Positions 37,945 to 51,760 of a stretch of 64,000 nucleotides of DNA are shown piece after piece. The notes below the pieces were generated by a model. The model was given only the letters and a program-made list of their open reading frames with translations. It was not told where the DNA came from and made no database searches. Position numbers and translations under genes: made by a program. Every line of letters begins with the position of its first letter. The stretch's first letter is position 1. Source of the stretch: Octopus bimaculoides (Eukaryota); assembly GCF_001194135.2 (NCBI RefSeq), contig NC_068982.1:126259596-126323595 (forward strand), read 5' to 3'.

Positions 37945-39372
37945 TATATATATATNNNNNNNNNNNNNNNNNNNNNNNNNNNNNNNNNNNNNNNNNNNNN
38001 NNNNNNNNNNNNNNNNNNNNNNNNNNNNNNNNNNNNNNNNNNNNNNNNNNNNNNNNNNNNNNNNNNNNNNNNNNNNNNNNNNNNNNNNNNNNNNNNNNNN
38101 NNNNNNNNNNNNNNNNNNNNNNNNNNNNNNNNNNNTGTTACTGACTTGGCATATTTTTCTTTTACAAATTTTATTATTTTCTTGTACAGCAAATATTCTA
38201 GCCCTGATCGTTCAGTCCCTCACCACTTATATTATTATGTCTATTGTTTTAAAAATTGGAATTTTTCAACACGGTTTTTCTTTATTTTTTGATGATGGTA
38301 AGAAACAGTTTGAGGGGATTTAGCTACTAATTCTAGTAAAGGCTCCTTGACTGGCTCATGCAAGACCCGGAAGTAAAAATTTGTGCACAAATTTTCATAA
38401 AAATTGAAATCAATGAAGAAAAAAAAATTGAAATAAAGAAAGAAAACCCCAGAAAGAAAAATACTTAAAATGTCTTTTCACATTTCAAGAATAAAATGAT
38501 AATAAAGTTAATAATAATAAAAAAAAAGAATAAAAATAAAAAAAACTAGATTTTTTTTTTAGTAGCGGTAGTTCTCTAAGCAGAAAGAAAAAGGAAAGAA
38601 AGAGAAAGAAATGTTTTTATTGTGCATTTCAATTTTGATAATAGTCTGAGTTAAGTGAAACCTCAAAATATTGAGAGCTGCACTACTGTAGAGTAAGATT
38701 TAAAGTAAGCTAATTCACTTCACTTTTAATGTCCTTGAGAATGGTAATTAATGCTACAAAATCTTACCCTACTTGCAAAATAAAAAAAGAAAGAAAGAGA
38801 AAGAAAGAAAAAGAAAAAGTGGTTTGCGACAAAATGATAAAATACATGTATATAAAAAGTATTAAAGATGCCTAAAGACACTGTATCAAGTACCAGAATA
38901 TATGACACAGAGTCAAAGGCAATCTGAAGCTTTATGACAACAAGATAGACTTCATAATTCATCAGGAAACAAGATACAATTGACAAAGCATTCCAGAGAG
39001 TAACTTAGAATTACACAACTTTAATAGTCGACCCTAATAAGCGAAAAGAAAAGAAAAGGAGGTGGGGGTAGCTTCAAACATACCACAGTAACACTGCACT
39101 TGACAGAAAATCTCAGTGCCAGCAGTTGGGTGTGGATACTATGTCTTTTCATAGTGAAGAATGATGTACCCATCAAGATAAATTAGTAATTAGTGTTGAA
39201 CTCGGACAAAAGACAATCTGGAGAGGGAAGATATGGAAGTTGAAAAATTCTTTAGCAAGACATAGGTTCAGAAATATATTAGGTGCCATTGTTGAAGATT
39301 TGATATTTCAAGTAATTCATATAAAGTGGCCATTTCCTGGATGCAATGAAACTATTTTTGTAAATGTTTATT

Positions 39373-39589
39373 CTTTTCTACTCTAGGTACAAGGTTTGAA
39401 ATTTTGGGGGAGGGGACCAGTTGATTAGATCGACCCCAGTATGCAACAGGTACTTAATTTATCGACCCTGAAAGGATGAAAGGCAAAGTCAACCACGGAG
39501 GAATTTGAACTCAGAACATAAAGACAGACGAAATACTGCTAAGCATTTTGCCCAGCGTGCTAACGTTTCTGCCAACTCGCTGCCTTTTC
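39373..39589 (-). mobile_element. Family-D SINE, 12-bp TSD TAAATGTTTATT
   Basis: TSD at 39361-39372 and 39590-39601. Confidence 0.9.
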
Positions 39590-42500
39590 TAAATGTTTAT
39601 TAAGATTAGTATATGTTGAAATTAAAGACTTAAATAAATAAATAAATAAATAAATTAGAGTATTGGGACAAAAAAAATTACAGAGTAGTAAAAATTACAT
39701 GCATTCAGTCAAATCCACAAATGGAGATCCATTACTTGTTTTAATCATGGAACTACTGCCACCCTGGGGCACCACCTTGAAGGATCTAGTCAAACAAATT
39801 AACCTAGTACTTAATTTTTTCATGTCTGATACTTATACCAGCTTTTTGCTGAACCACTAAGTTATTGGAGATGTAAACTCAGGTACCGCACACATATATG
39901 TACATATACACACACATAATGTATTTCCAACTTCTATCAAATGCAGTCTTAAAGCACTAGTTGGCCCATGGCTAAAGCAGAAAACATATGCCAAGAATGC
40001 TGCACAGTGGGACTGGACCATACAGCCATGCCACACTTAGACTAATTGATAATAATTACTTTAAAGGTAATGTCTTAATTAAAACATGAGAAATGAACAG
40101 TGACAAATAATGATAGTTAGGAATGCTGAGAAGAAATGGCTCATTTATGATCATATCACAAGTGAAGATTCTGGATTATTTTTACCATTAATAGATGCTA
40201 ATCCATTTAAGTATTTTCTCAATACTGTCACTTATTCTGAGTTAGAAGATTTAAATAAAACCAGATGATTCTTTGCCTCAAACCTTCAGGTCACATACAA
40301 GAGTATCTATTAATTTTGCATTATAACAGACAATAAACAAAAATATATGGTTTCAGATATATGGTTTCAAATGTGTCTCAAGAATTTATTATATTCAATT
40401 AAAATTAGATTCATGTGTTGTGTGTACATGCATGTATAAATGTTTATTTTACATTAGATCTTTCTTGTAAATATTTTTGTGTTTTTATAAAGCGATAAAG
40501 TGTTTGCACCTAAGTAGAATTGCTCAGCATATGTCGTCATGTCGTGCATTATCTTTACTTCATAAAATCAACTTAAAAAAAAAAAAAAAGGACGGGGAGT
40601 CCTCTTGATATGAAAATATGGGAGAGAAAATACATAAATCAGTACATTTATTCAGTTTAAGCACATTTTCTTTTCATATACTAACACATTTAACATCCAT
40701 TTTTCAAGTTAACTGGATGTTCATTAAGTGTACAGTTCTAAACCTATGCTAAGACAATCCATGATCCATGCCAAAGAATACAATAAGATGTCTATACTTT
40801 TGATATACAACAGTGGGTTTGCTATATCATTTTTTCTGTCATTCTGTATTGAGTTTTATTGAATCCCATTTTTGTTACAAAATAAAAGATCCAAATGATT
40901 GTAGACATTTGAAATTCTCATTCAGACTGTCACTCTATTACCATAGTCTGGGACAGCTATATTATTTACACTTATTTTACACTCATTACATTGGGTTTTC
41001 TCGAGCAGATGCATTTATCAATAAAACATCACAGATAATCATTGATTATCTACTGCCGAAAGAAAATCATCATTTTGATTCTTTTGCTTGTTTCAGTCAT
41101 TTGACCGTGGACATACTGAGACACCATCTAGAAGAATTTTAGTCAAACAAATTAACCTCACCCCACATACATATGATGGGAATCTTTCAGTCTCCTATAG
41201 CCTTAGGTCAGCCAATACCTTTCTAGTAAATTTGGTAGACAGAGACTGTGTACATGTGCATGTATGTGAATGGTTACATTCTGCATTTCTATGAAAGATC
41301 AGGGTGCTGCAGACGGTGCTGTCAGTTGTCACACCCCTGTCAACAAATCTTTTAAGCAAGGGAATTTTTCATTTCAAAGACAGGTAAGGTTCAGCTATGT
41401 CTGGAGAGTCAACTAATCGTGTGGAAGCCAGTTGTGTGTGTGTGTTTGCACTGCCACCACCACCACCATTTAGCTATCAGTGTTGGTTTGTTTATGTCCC
41501 ACATAACTTAGCAGTTCAGCAGAAGTGACTAATAGAATAAGTACCAAACAGATAAGTAAGTACAGGGGTTGATTTGTTCAACTAAATTCTTCAAGGTTAT
41601 GATCCAGCATGGCCACAATTGAATGATTGAAACAAGGGATAAAAGTTGAATAATGATAGGAAAGTGTATAGTGTAGAGTAGGCTAGCACGGTGGGCAGGT
41701 TGAACTGTTGCAGGCCTTTGACAAAAAAGGGATAAATGGAAAACAACTAGGGTGACAAAAGCATATGGAATCCTTGTGGAACTATGCAAAAAGAAGAAGA
41801 AAAAAGGGGTGGTAGAAAAAACAGAAATAAATGAGACACCTGTGCTCATTGCACACAATTACTCTTATTTAAGGAAGTTTATGTGGAGTTATGCCTTTCC
41901 TGGTGGTGGTGGATTTTAACAATTATTGAAAGATGTTTGATCCATTGATCATTTGTAATAAAAAAAATAATAATTGGTTTTAACAATTATTCAAAGATAT
42001 TCAAGTTTATCCTGTGCATATAAAAAACAAAACAAAAATAAACTATCACTTTTTGCTCTGGAAAACGCTTTTTTTGTTTGTTTTTTTTTTTGAGGAGAGA
42101 AAAAAAACTTCACTCTTTGATTCCCTTTGAAGCGACACTTTTTAATTCCCTTTGAAGCATAACATATGAACACATAACGTAACAAGCAGAAATAATGTTA
42201 TAGATTCTAATACTTCATTTGAACTGACATTAGATCTTCACTGTGGAAAACCACTTCAATACTGAAGCAGTGAACTGTCTTTTTTGCTTTGTCTCTAGAG
42301 AAGGAGAGTAGCCTGAACCTTTTCATTGATCTCTCTAGTATTAACATAACATAATAAAAATAAAATGCAGTGAATAAACAACACATTTCTTTAGATATTC
42401 AACTTAAAAGATTATATACCCTCAAATAAGCCTATTGCAAGAAATCTTTGAAGTCAAGGAAACCATCTATTCCAAAAGTCCTTAAAAACATTTCAGACAA

Positions 42501-43481
42501 ACTCTATTGGGGAAGAGACAGCATATATTCCTTTCACTTTGGGTAAACCATATGAACATCATACAAAGATTACAAATTACTGGCAATTTCTGGGCCACTA
42601 ATTTAATGAAGCAAAACTGGAGTGCAACATCCACATCCCTTATTATCAACGTCACTATAAAATTTGTAATCATTGAAGTTGACAACAGAGGAATTTATGA
42701 ATTTTTGTGAGAACCTAGAATAATTCTTTTTTGGAACAGTGGATCTTGAAGCACAGAAAGCTATCAACATGTAAATACTGGGTTGGAAAAATCCTTTTGG
42801 GATAGAAGAAATCAAAGGCAGCCCTTCAACATGTTTGTAGCCAATATTTCAACTTAATATTATGCTGCTTTTTTAATAGCATTATGTATTTCCCAAAAAC
42901 AAAAAAATTTAAACCACGTTTTATGATATTTTTTCTATTTTGACTGGGGGTGATAAATTGTCAGAAACTAAACACATAAGACTAAATTTCTTACAGTCTT
43001 GTGTCACTCATTTTTGGCTTTAAATCCTACAGGGGGTGCTGTTATTTTTCATAAAATCAATACCAGTATGACACTGGGGCCATTTCTATTGGCTACCCAT
43101 TCTCTACTCAAATTAGTTATATGCCCAAAAGAGACCACCATCATCATCATCGTTTAACGTCCGCCTTCCATGCTAACATAGCAGATAGCAGCAACGTTTG
43201 GTGTGGCCTAAAATAAACAAGAATTTAGGTCACCTAGTTTTAGCTTTGTATATATTATTATGCTTATTGTTAACTTTGTCTTGCACAGCAACATTATTTC
43301 ATTCTCCAAAATGTGGTATTTGGATAATGAAACAGGTTGAACCCCATGTCTACATGTTCAATCCTTATCTAAGTACTATATGCTGATTTGATTAGATTTA
43401 CTCTTGATCTACGCAGTATCTCTCTTTTATAAAAAGTATGTGACTGTCATTTACTAGTGATATTGACTGCTTTCATGGTTA

Positions 43482-43875
43482 GTAACCCTTAAACATTCAG
43501 ATTACACTATTAAATATAATACTTTTTGTTATTCATATTGTATTGAATTAATTATGCGTTATCTTTGAGTTTTTGATGATGTGATTGTTTTTATTTTTAG
43601 AATGACAATGTAGGATAGGCATGAGAAGTCAAATCTGGCCAGTTTAAACTTAAATGAGGCAAAGTATTTGGGCCTGGTATGGCTGGTTTAAATGATAAAG
43701 GCTGCCACCTTCCAATAATAACTCAAATTTTAGGTCAGTAGTTTTGAGGGGAGATGGTAAGTTGATGACATCAACTCCAGGATTTGACTGGTACTTTATT
43801 TTAACAGCCAAAGTTGACCTCAGTGTGATTTGAACTCAGAATGTAAAGAACTCAAAGAAATGCCACTAAGTGTTT
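43482..43875. mobile_element. piggyBac-like MITE P2 (43482-43701, +) abutting a family-D SINE (43715-43875, -)
   Basis: Family motifs. Confidence 0.7.
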
Positions 43876-44438
43876 TCATACAAAAAAGGTACTTGTAAGA
43901 GTTATTTCTTTTTAAACATTTATTACTTCCACAACTAGAAATGCATTTTGAGGGGCTGCAATTCGTTTGTCAAAATGAGAACAAGTTGTGGTACCTTCAG
44001 TGGTTTGCTAGGGGTTCTAAGCAAATATTTGCTCTCAAACATTGCTACATGACAGGATGTCTTTTTGTTTTTCCTCCCATAGTTCTTGGTTCTAATTAGA
44101 GACAAATACCACAGACTTATGCAAAGCTTGGATGCATTTAATTCCATGAGACATTAAGTACTGGCATTTCATAAGTACTAGCTCCACAATATAACAATAT
44201 TCCATAAAAAAAACATCTATCCTACATAGATACAAAATACAAAATCTAGAACTTTCTATGCCACTTTGTTTTTTGCTAAAAGTTCCTGATGACTTCGAAA
44301 TCAAATGTTCAGTAATACAAGAACACAACTTGTGGGATCACTAATATTTCCAAATGTTACTATAATATTGTCTGAATAGGAACTCATTTAAATTATAATT
44401 ATTTTGTTATTGAAATGGGAGTAACTTAGACCAGCAAA

Positions 44439-44666
44439 TTAACCCTTTCGTTACTGTATTTAATTTGAGATGTTCTGTGTTTCTTTCAATTACTTTAAAT
44501 ATAACAAAGAATTTACTAAAATAACTTAGTTATCATTAAGCTAGTGTTAGGAACGTAAATTGTGACTAAGGTTTTATGGAAGATTTTAATTCAAAACTTA
44601 TGAAAACAAGACATTTGTACTCAGAGCCAGATCTAGTTTCAGCCGGGTTGGTAACGAAAAGGTTAA
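44439..44666 (+). mobile_element. Complete piggyBac-like MITE family P1
   Basis: TTAA-CCCTTTCGTTAC...GTAACGAAAAGG-TTAA: 12-bp TIR with 1 mismatch and TTAA TSD. Confidence 0.85.
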
Positions 44667-45429
44667 CATGGCAGTGGTCTGGANNNNNNNNNNGGGGGGG
44701 GGGGGTAGAAAATTAGTAAAGATAGGTAGATGAAAAATCTTATTCTAAATTATGAAAATTTAAGAAGTCTTTATTGGAACAGCAATCTTAATTTGAGGAA
44801 CTCTTTAGCTTGTACACATGTAGTTCAATGGAATGGCTCTCATTAAGTCAAAGGTGCAAAAAAGACTAACTCATAACCTTCAAGCCATTAACAATGGTAA
44901 TTTTCCCAAGGTACAATGCAGTGGGAGTGAACCAAACATCACATGGTTGGGAAGCAAGCTTAACTACACAGACAAGACTGCACATTACCACAATTCACCA
45001 CACACACCTTCCCCCAGTCACCCACAGGAGGAAGAAAAATCCCTGCAAATGATGGCTGAAGTATGTCACTCAGCACAAATTCTGCTGCAATATTGAAAGT
45101 ACAAGACTGAAAGGTGGACATTAATTACTATATAACAATATAGTGTGGGTTATTAATATGCAATATCAACCAATAGTGTTTTGCCTAAGAGATATTGCAA
45201 CTGGAAAGAGAGAGGGAGAGAATTATTTGTTCGATCTGGAGAACGGGGCAGTGCCCTTAGGCTTCTCAGGGTCTCCTTAATCAGCAAGATCAATGCCATA
45301 AATGTTCCTCTTGTAAGTCAACACCTGTTTGAAAAATAAGAGCAGGGAGAGAATTCTGGTCAACTGATGTCCTGGGTAGGAAGGAGCAGAAGAAGTGTTG
45401 AATGCAGGGCCTGGCCACAATGTGGGTAA

Positions 45430-45785
45430 TACAGGTGCCATATGGCTAAGTGGTTTAATTTCATTTTACAACCACGAGGTCCTCGGTTTGTTTAAGATGT
45501 TACAAAGTGACATCTTAAACAAATTTCACTTTCTATAGCCTCAGGTTGACCTTTATCTGTTGAGTGAAATTGGAACAACGGAAACTGCAGAGAAGCCTGT
45601 GAGGTGGATTGTACCTGTAATTCATAGAGAATGGCCTTGTTATACACCTGTGTCACCTTGATTCTACTTGAGAAATGCATTGAGTGAACAGGTGCCTGTG
45701 GAATGGTCGGCCACTTGCACGTGAATTTGAAGCAGATAATTCAATTGATCAAACAACTGAATCCTTATTGTCAAATGACAAGGAT
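45430..45785 (+). mobile_element. Old SINE: family-A-type head + tail 1
   Basis: Head ...ctatagcctcaggttgacc...tgagtgaaattgg...ggaaactgcagagaagcc joins tgtacctgtaattca...ggccacttgcacgtgaattt. Confidence 0.65.
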
Positions 45786-45915
45786 TCTCCACCCATATAT
45801 ACAGAGAGAGAGAGAGCTAGAATCATATTTACATGCATGGATGTAGTCCCACCCTGGGCAAGCATCTGCTATAGTCCCAGGCCAAATAAGTGGGTCAGAA
45901 ACTAAAGAAGCTTGT

Positions 45916-45948
<33 letters not shown>

Positions 45949-48900
45949 GCATGCGCATATTTTTGTGCACCCTTGTCTACACATCATGTAATGGTTATAA
46001 ATGTGCGTTACTATTATACAAGCAATGTTTTTTTTTTTTTTTCTAGTTCTGCATGAAAATCATGTTTGACCATAGGGGAAATATTACCATGCTTGGAAAC
46101 AGGAAAGGTATCCAGCTGTAGAAATCTACCAAAACAAGTTACATATGACCCATGTAAGAATGGAAAAGTGGATGTTTGATGGTGATGATGAGGAAATATC
46201 ACAACACACTCAAATAAAAATTCAGAAATTTGAAGCTAACTATTATATCATTTTTAAAAACAGCTGATTACAACATTAAGTTGAAGATTGTATTGCAGTG
46301 TTAAATATACACACATAAATATATAATGGATGGTGAGAAAAACTATCTTTATGAAAAGATTCAGTTTTGCTTTTGGATTTTTATAAAATTCTTAAGAGTT
46401 TTATTAGCTAGCAAGCTCTGAACATTAATTAAACTGGGTGCATTTTTATTTTATTCTTCAATTTTTTTTTTCTTTTCTTTTTTACTTTTGTAACTCTAGG
46501 TAAATTTGTAATTTGACACCATTTATATTCAACAAGCAAAGTATGTGCCAGACAAAGAGTTAATTTCGACAAAATAAGAAAGTACAGGTTGGAGACAGAC
46601 AGATACTGTAAGAGGACGGTACGCATGATGTTAAAACATGTTAAATAAATAAAAAACGAAATGGGAAAAATAAAAATGTTGCATAAAAGAAATCAACTAG
46701 AAATATGTCAATGTTTTTCTAAGGAAAATAATAAAAAGAAATATGACAGAAAACAAAAACAAAACAAAAAAGATTAAAGTTTTTTTTTTTTTAACTGTCC
46801 TACCCCCATCACACTTCTACCTGCTCCAAGTCTGAAGTTGTATGTAGTTTAGTTCTAATTAATTGTTAGACAGGTCTATGTGTCATTCACAGACTAAAAG
46901 GAGTGGATTGGGAAGGAGCTGCTACTACTGCTGCTGCTGCTGACAAAAGAAGCCAACAGGGATAACACTCATTGGTTATTAATGCAATTAAAACATGAAT
47001 TGCTGATGCAACAGTGACAATAACAAACAAGGAACACAAGAGCAGCAGCAACAAGAACACTGTGGTGGTGGTGCTGCTGCTGGCTGAGAAAGTAATAAAT
47101 TAAACAAATAGTGTCAAGGTGATGTTTACAGAGAGAAACAAGGGAATGTGGGTGCACAAGGCTAAACATCAATCTCTTGTACTGTTAACACTGAGTGTTT
47201 AGCAAAATTATAAATAAATAATATTCTTTGGTAATTAACAAGGTGACATTTTATTTGTTTATTGTTGAGTCTGATTGAACTGGTAAAATGTGGCAGCAGA
47301 AAATGCAAGTTCAATTCCCAACTTGATTTTTTTTTTCTCCCTCCTCCTTTCTCTGATTCATTGTCTGCTAGACAGATGATCTACATAAATGGATTGAGGC
47401 TTCTGCACATAATTGGCAGCATAGAATCAGTCTCCAGGATTACAGCACTATTACAGTCTCCAAGATTACAGAACTATTCTATACTGCATTAGATTTTGCA
47501 ATGCGTTCAAAGTATTTTTCTCTAGAGTGACAGAGCAAGTCTTATAACATTGCACATGGTTGATGGCTAAGTGGTTGGGAAGTTTGATTTGGAACAACAT
47601 GGTTTTGGGTTTAGTTCCATGGCATGGTAACTTGGACACGTGTCTTCTTAACAACCTCTAGTTTACCAAGGACTTGAAAGTGAAATCTCGTTGATAGAAA
47701 CCCTGCAGAAGCCCATAATGTGTGTGATGACATGGCCATGTGATTAGGGTACTGGACTCATGAACATAAACTTATGGTTTCAATTCCTTGACTGAGTAGC
47801 GTGTTGTATCCTTGAGCAAGTTATCCAATTTCATGTGACTCCAGTCAACCCAGCTGAAATTAGTACTGCTCTTGTACTGGTACAATCTTTTCTCCCTCCA
47901 GCTGTCACATCCTGATTGTTCCACTGGGTCAAGAATGAAGACCAAGAGTGTTTATATCTGCTCATGACTATACAGGCACCTAAAACATTTAGTGAAAGCA
48001 TGAGACATGCTTCCAAGTCACCCTTGATTTTGAGCAACAGTCATGTAAGATGTGTATGTGTGTTACCTTTACACTGGTACCATTTAAAGACAGTACTCTT
48101 AGTTTATGCCCCAGAAACAAGTAAAAGCAGTAGCAGTGTGTTTCAGAACATGTGCAACTGGAAAACAAATTTTTCCAAATTCTAGCACATTCCATATGAA
48201 GTAAAATGAAATATATTAAAAAACCCTTAACACCATTTTATAACTAAGCCTCTAGCCTATCAATGCCCCTCTGATTACTAAAGAATTTGACTATTGCTAC
48301 TAGCAAGCCTTCAAAACTACTGGTCGCTTCAGTACAAACAGAAGAGTGAATGAATCCCAGTTTGCTTAATTGTGGTCCTTGCGTAAACTCAACATAAAAT
48401 TCCTGCTCCTTTTTTTTGTTTTTTTTAACATACTGGACATAACCATTTCTTTGAAATTATAATTCTTAGAAAATTGCTAGTCATCAAGTTAGGCTTTGTG
48501 TTCAATTACTGTAATTTATTCTGAACAGGGTTTACTCCAGATAAGACTCCTGGCATATTATAACTTTAAATTTCCTGATTCAATAAAATGTCAAACCATA
48601 CATTTTAGGCAGATCTTACAAATGAGAAAAGTTCCACCTGAAATTCTAAATATCTCTTTTCTTGTAAATATTCCATTTCTTCTCACATTGCAATACCAAA
48701 AGTAGAATATGGCATGGCTCTTAAGTCTGGTAGAGATAAATAAATAAAAGTAATACTAAATAAGCTTAAGTTCTATGTTATTTTCCTACACTTTATACTG
48801 ACATAGCATTTAGAATTTAGAGGCTATAATCACTGCCCTTTTATTTTTGAATTTTCTCCTTTATTATCAATTGTTTTTTGTTGTTTTTTTTTTTTGGAGG

Positions 48901-48974
48901 GGGGAATGCTTTTAAGCAGACCTAGAGGAATGTTATCAACACTACCAAGAAACTAACGACTCTGTTTATTACAT

Positions 48975-49290
48975 TTTATTTGTTTTAGTCATTGAGCTTT
49001 GTCAAACAAATCGAGCCCATTATATTTTTCTGAAGCTTGGTATTTGTTCTGTTGGTCACTTTTTGCCAAACTGTTAAGTTACTGGGGCATAAACAAACCA
49101 ACACCAGCTCTCAAGCAGCGGAAGGGGACTAACACAAACATACATACACATATAAAATTATAGGCTTCTAGTTTCCAGCTACCAAATTCACAAATTCACT
49201 CAAAATGCATTGGTCAGCCTGGGCTTATAGTAGAAGGTACTTGGCCAGTGGGAATGAACCCCAAACCATGTGATTGCAAAGCGAGCTTCT
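48975..49290 (-). mobile_element. Old family-A SINE
   Basis: Degenerate head and tail motifs. Confidence 0.65.
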
Positions 49291-49728
49291 TAACCACACA
49301 GCCAAAACCTCTAATTATTTGGTTGTGTTCCTACAATTTTTCTTTCAGAGTGGTATTCAGGTTTAATAGACATATCTTCCCATTTTGGAGAAACAAAAGA
49401 TTTTTGTTTATCCTTCATCTTTGTATTTCATATGTTGACAGATGGGTCAATCTGATTAAAGCTAACCCATGTCGTAATGGGAAAATATTAAATGGAAACT
49501 GAAATAATAGTGAATTGAAGTTGAAATATGGTGGTACTTTAGCTTGAAGTTTGTGCATTTAATCTTAGAATATGGAGAAGACAAAAGACAAATGCACAGC
49601 CATTTATCTTATAGGCTTTGATTGGAAATTACCAATTGTGTACTAAGTTTTGCTTATGTTCCACATAAATAAGCATACTATACAAGATGGGGGTATATTA
49701 AATTGGCTAATTCAATAAACATTCTATG

Positions 49729-49771
<43 letters not shown>

Positions 49772-49900
49772 GAGTTATTCTAGCATATAGGACTTACAGG
49801 CTATGATCACTGCCCTTTATTTTTGCATTTCCTCTTTCATCAATTGTTTTGTTTTGTTGGTTGCTTTTATGCAGACCTCCTAAGTTCAACACTATGAATT

Positions 49901-50200
49901 TCCTAAACAGTTATTATTCCATTACAGAACATCTTTACCAATTTACATTCTATAAATCATGGGTATTCAAATATACTTTCAGCTAAACAACATGAGGTTT
50001 CGAATCCAACACTGCTTTCAAAAATTGGATATGTCTGGTAAAGCAAAATTCCTAAACAGTTATTATTCCATTATAGAACATCTTTACCAATTTACATTCT
50101 ATAAATCATGGGTATTCAAATATACTTTCAGCTAAACAACATGAGGTTTCAAATCCAACACTCTGCTTTCAAAAATTGGATATGTCTGGTAAAGCAAAAT
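49901..50200. repeat. Tandem duplication, 149 + 151 bp
   Basis: Units start at 49901 and 50050 and differ by 2 substitutions and a 2-bp indel. Confidence 0.95.
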
Positions 50201-50352
50201 TACTCACAAGAAAGTAAATAACTGAAATGTTGTTTTAAGAAACAAAACATGATGAATGCTGTCAGTCAATAGCAAATGGTAAGTTGCCAGATGTAGTAGT
50301 AACCTACTTTCCAACTTTGTTCATTTTAGTCTGAGTGTGTAAGAGAGAAGGA

Positions 50353-50398
<46 letters not shown>

Positions 50399-51250
50399 AC
50401 AATGTCATCATCATCATCATCAATGCTGACAACAAAGATAATGACATCATAGATGGATGATGATAGCAGTTGCAAGGATACAGAGAGGACTAAAATGTCA
50501 AAAATGTCTTGTTAGGTCAAACATTAGCTTCTATAGTCTTGCATAGTATATCTGCTGAAGAAGAATGCATAACTATGCAGCATAACACACACACACACAC
50601 TTGTATATGTATTTATGTATGCATACATGAGTATAAATATATATATGTATGTATATACATGCATATATACAAGTGTGTGTGTGTGTGTGTGTGCATACAC
50701 AAACGCATACATATATCAAAGATAACATTAAGGAACGTAAAACAAAGTGTTAAGGTCTAAAATAACAATAAAAGAACAACAATAAAGAATAAGAGTATGT
50801 GAAATGAGGACTAGAATCCAATTATATGAAGACTTAAAAATAAAACAATCAAGAAATAACTAATTTCTACATGCCTGCACAATGTATGCAGCCAGAATAT
50901 CTCAAAATTACAACTGTCAAATAGAAGTCTGAGACAAATTATTTATTTTTTTTATTTATTTCATTTATAAGACAAAATTATTTAAACAAACAGATGTAAA
51001 TACATTTCAGTTCTCTCTTGTGCAGGTAAAAAAAAAACAATTTACCCCATTCTCCCTCCATCCAAATATTTTACAATGTTTAAATTAGTTGAATAGTAGT
51101 TAAAAATTCAGACATTTAAGTTCTACAACTGGATCCCTTTCCCTAAAATAAATCTACCCGCTTAAACCAAAGAAGCAGATACTTCTCTATTTTTCCTTCA
51201 TGTCAAAGGAGATGATGAGCTGACCATGTATATATGTATATTTATATATA

Positions 51251-51627
51251 GAGAGTGGCTGTGTGGTAAGTAGCTTGCTTACCAACCATATGGTTCCGGG
51301 TTCAGTCCCACTGCGTGGCACCTTGGACAAGTGTCTTCTACTATAGCCTTGGGCCGACCAAAGCCTTGTGAGTGGATTTGGTAGACAGAAACTGAAAGAA
51401 GCCCGTCGTATATATGTATGTGTGTCTGTGTTTGTCCCCCCAACCTTGCTTGACAACCGATGCTGGTGTGTTTACGTCCCCGTAACTTAGCGGTTCGGCA
51501 AAAAAAGACCGATAGAATAAGTACTAGGCTTACAAAGAATAAGTCCTGGAGTCGATTTGCTCGACTAAAGGCGGTGCCACAGCATGGCCGCAGTCAAATG
51601 ACTGAAACAAGTAAAAGAGTAAAGAGT
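51251..51627 (+). mobile_element. Young family-A SINE
   Basis: Complete, CpG-rich. Confidence 0.93.
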
Positions 51628-51681
51628 ATATATATGCTGTATATTTATCAAGAAGGGGGGAAAAAGGTGGTGTGTGAGTAA

Positions 51682-51760
<79 letters not shown>

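Noticed and set aside
42430-42830. Apparently coding-like segment (IPYYQRHYKICNH)
   Set aside because: Frameshifted and stop-ridden. At most a LINE C-terminal zinc-knuckle remnant; too weak to call.
47885-48050. Strong plus-strand acceptor (tcttttctccctccag) and donor (CAT|gtaaga)
   Set aside because: All three frames hit stops between the sites; no other support for an antisense exon.
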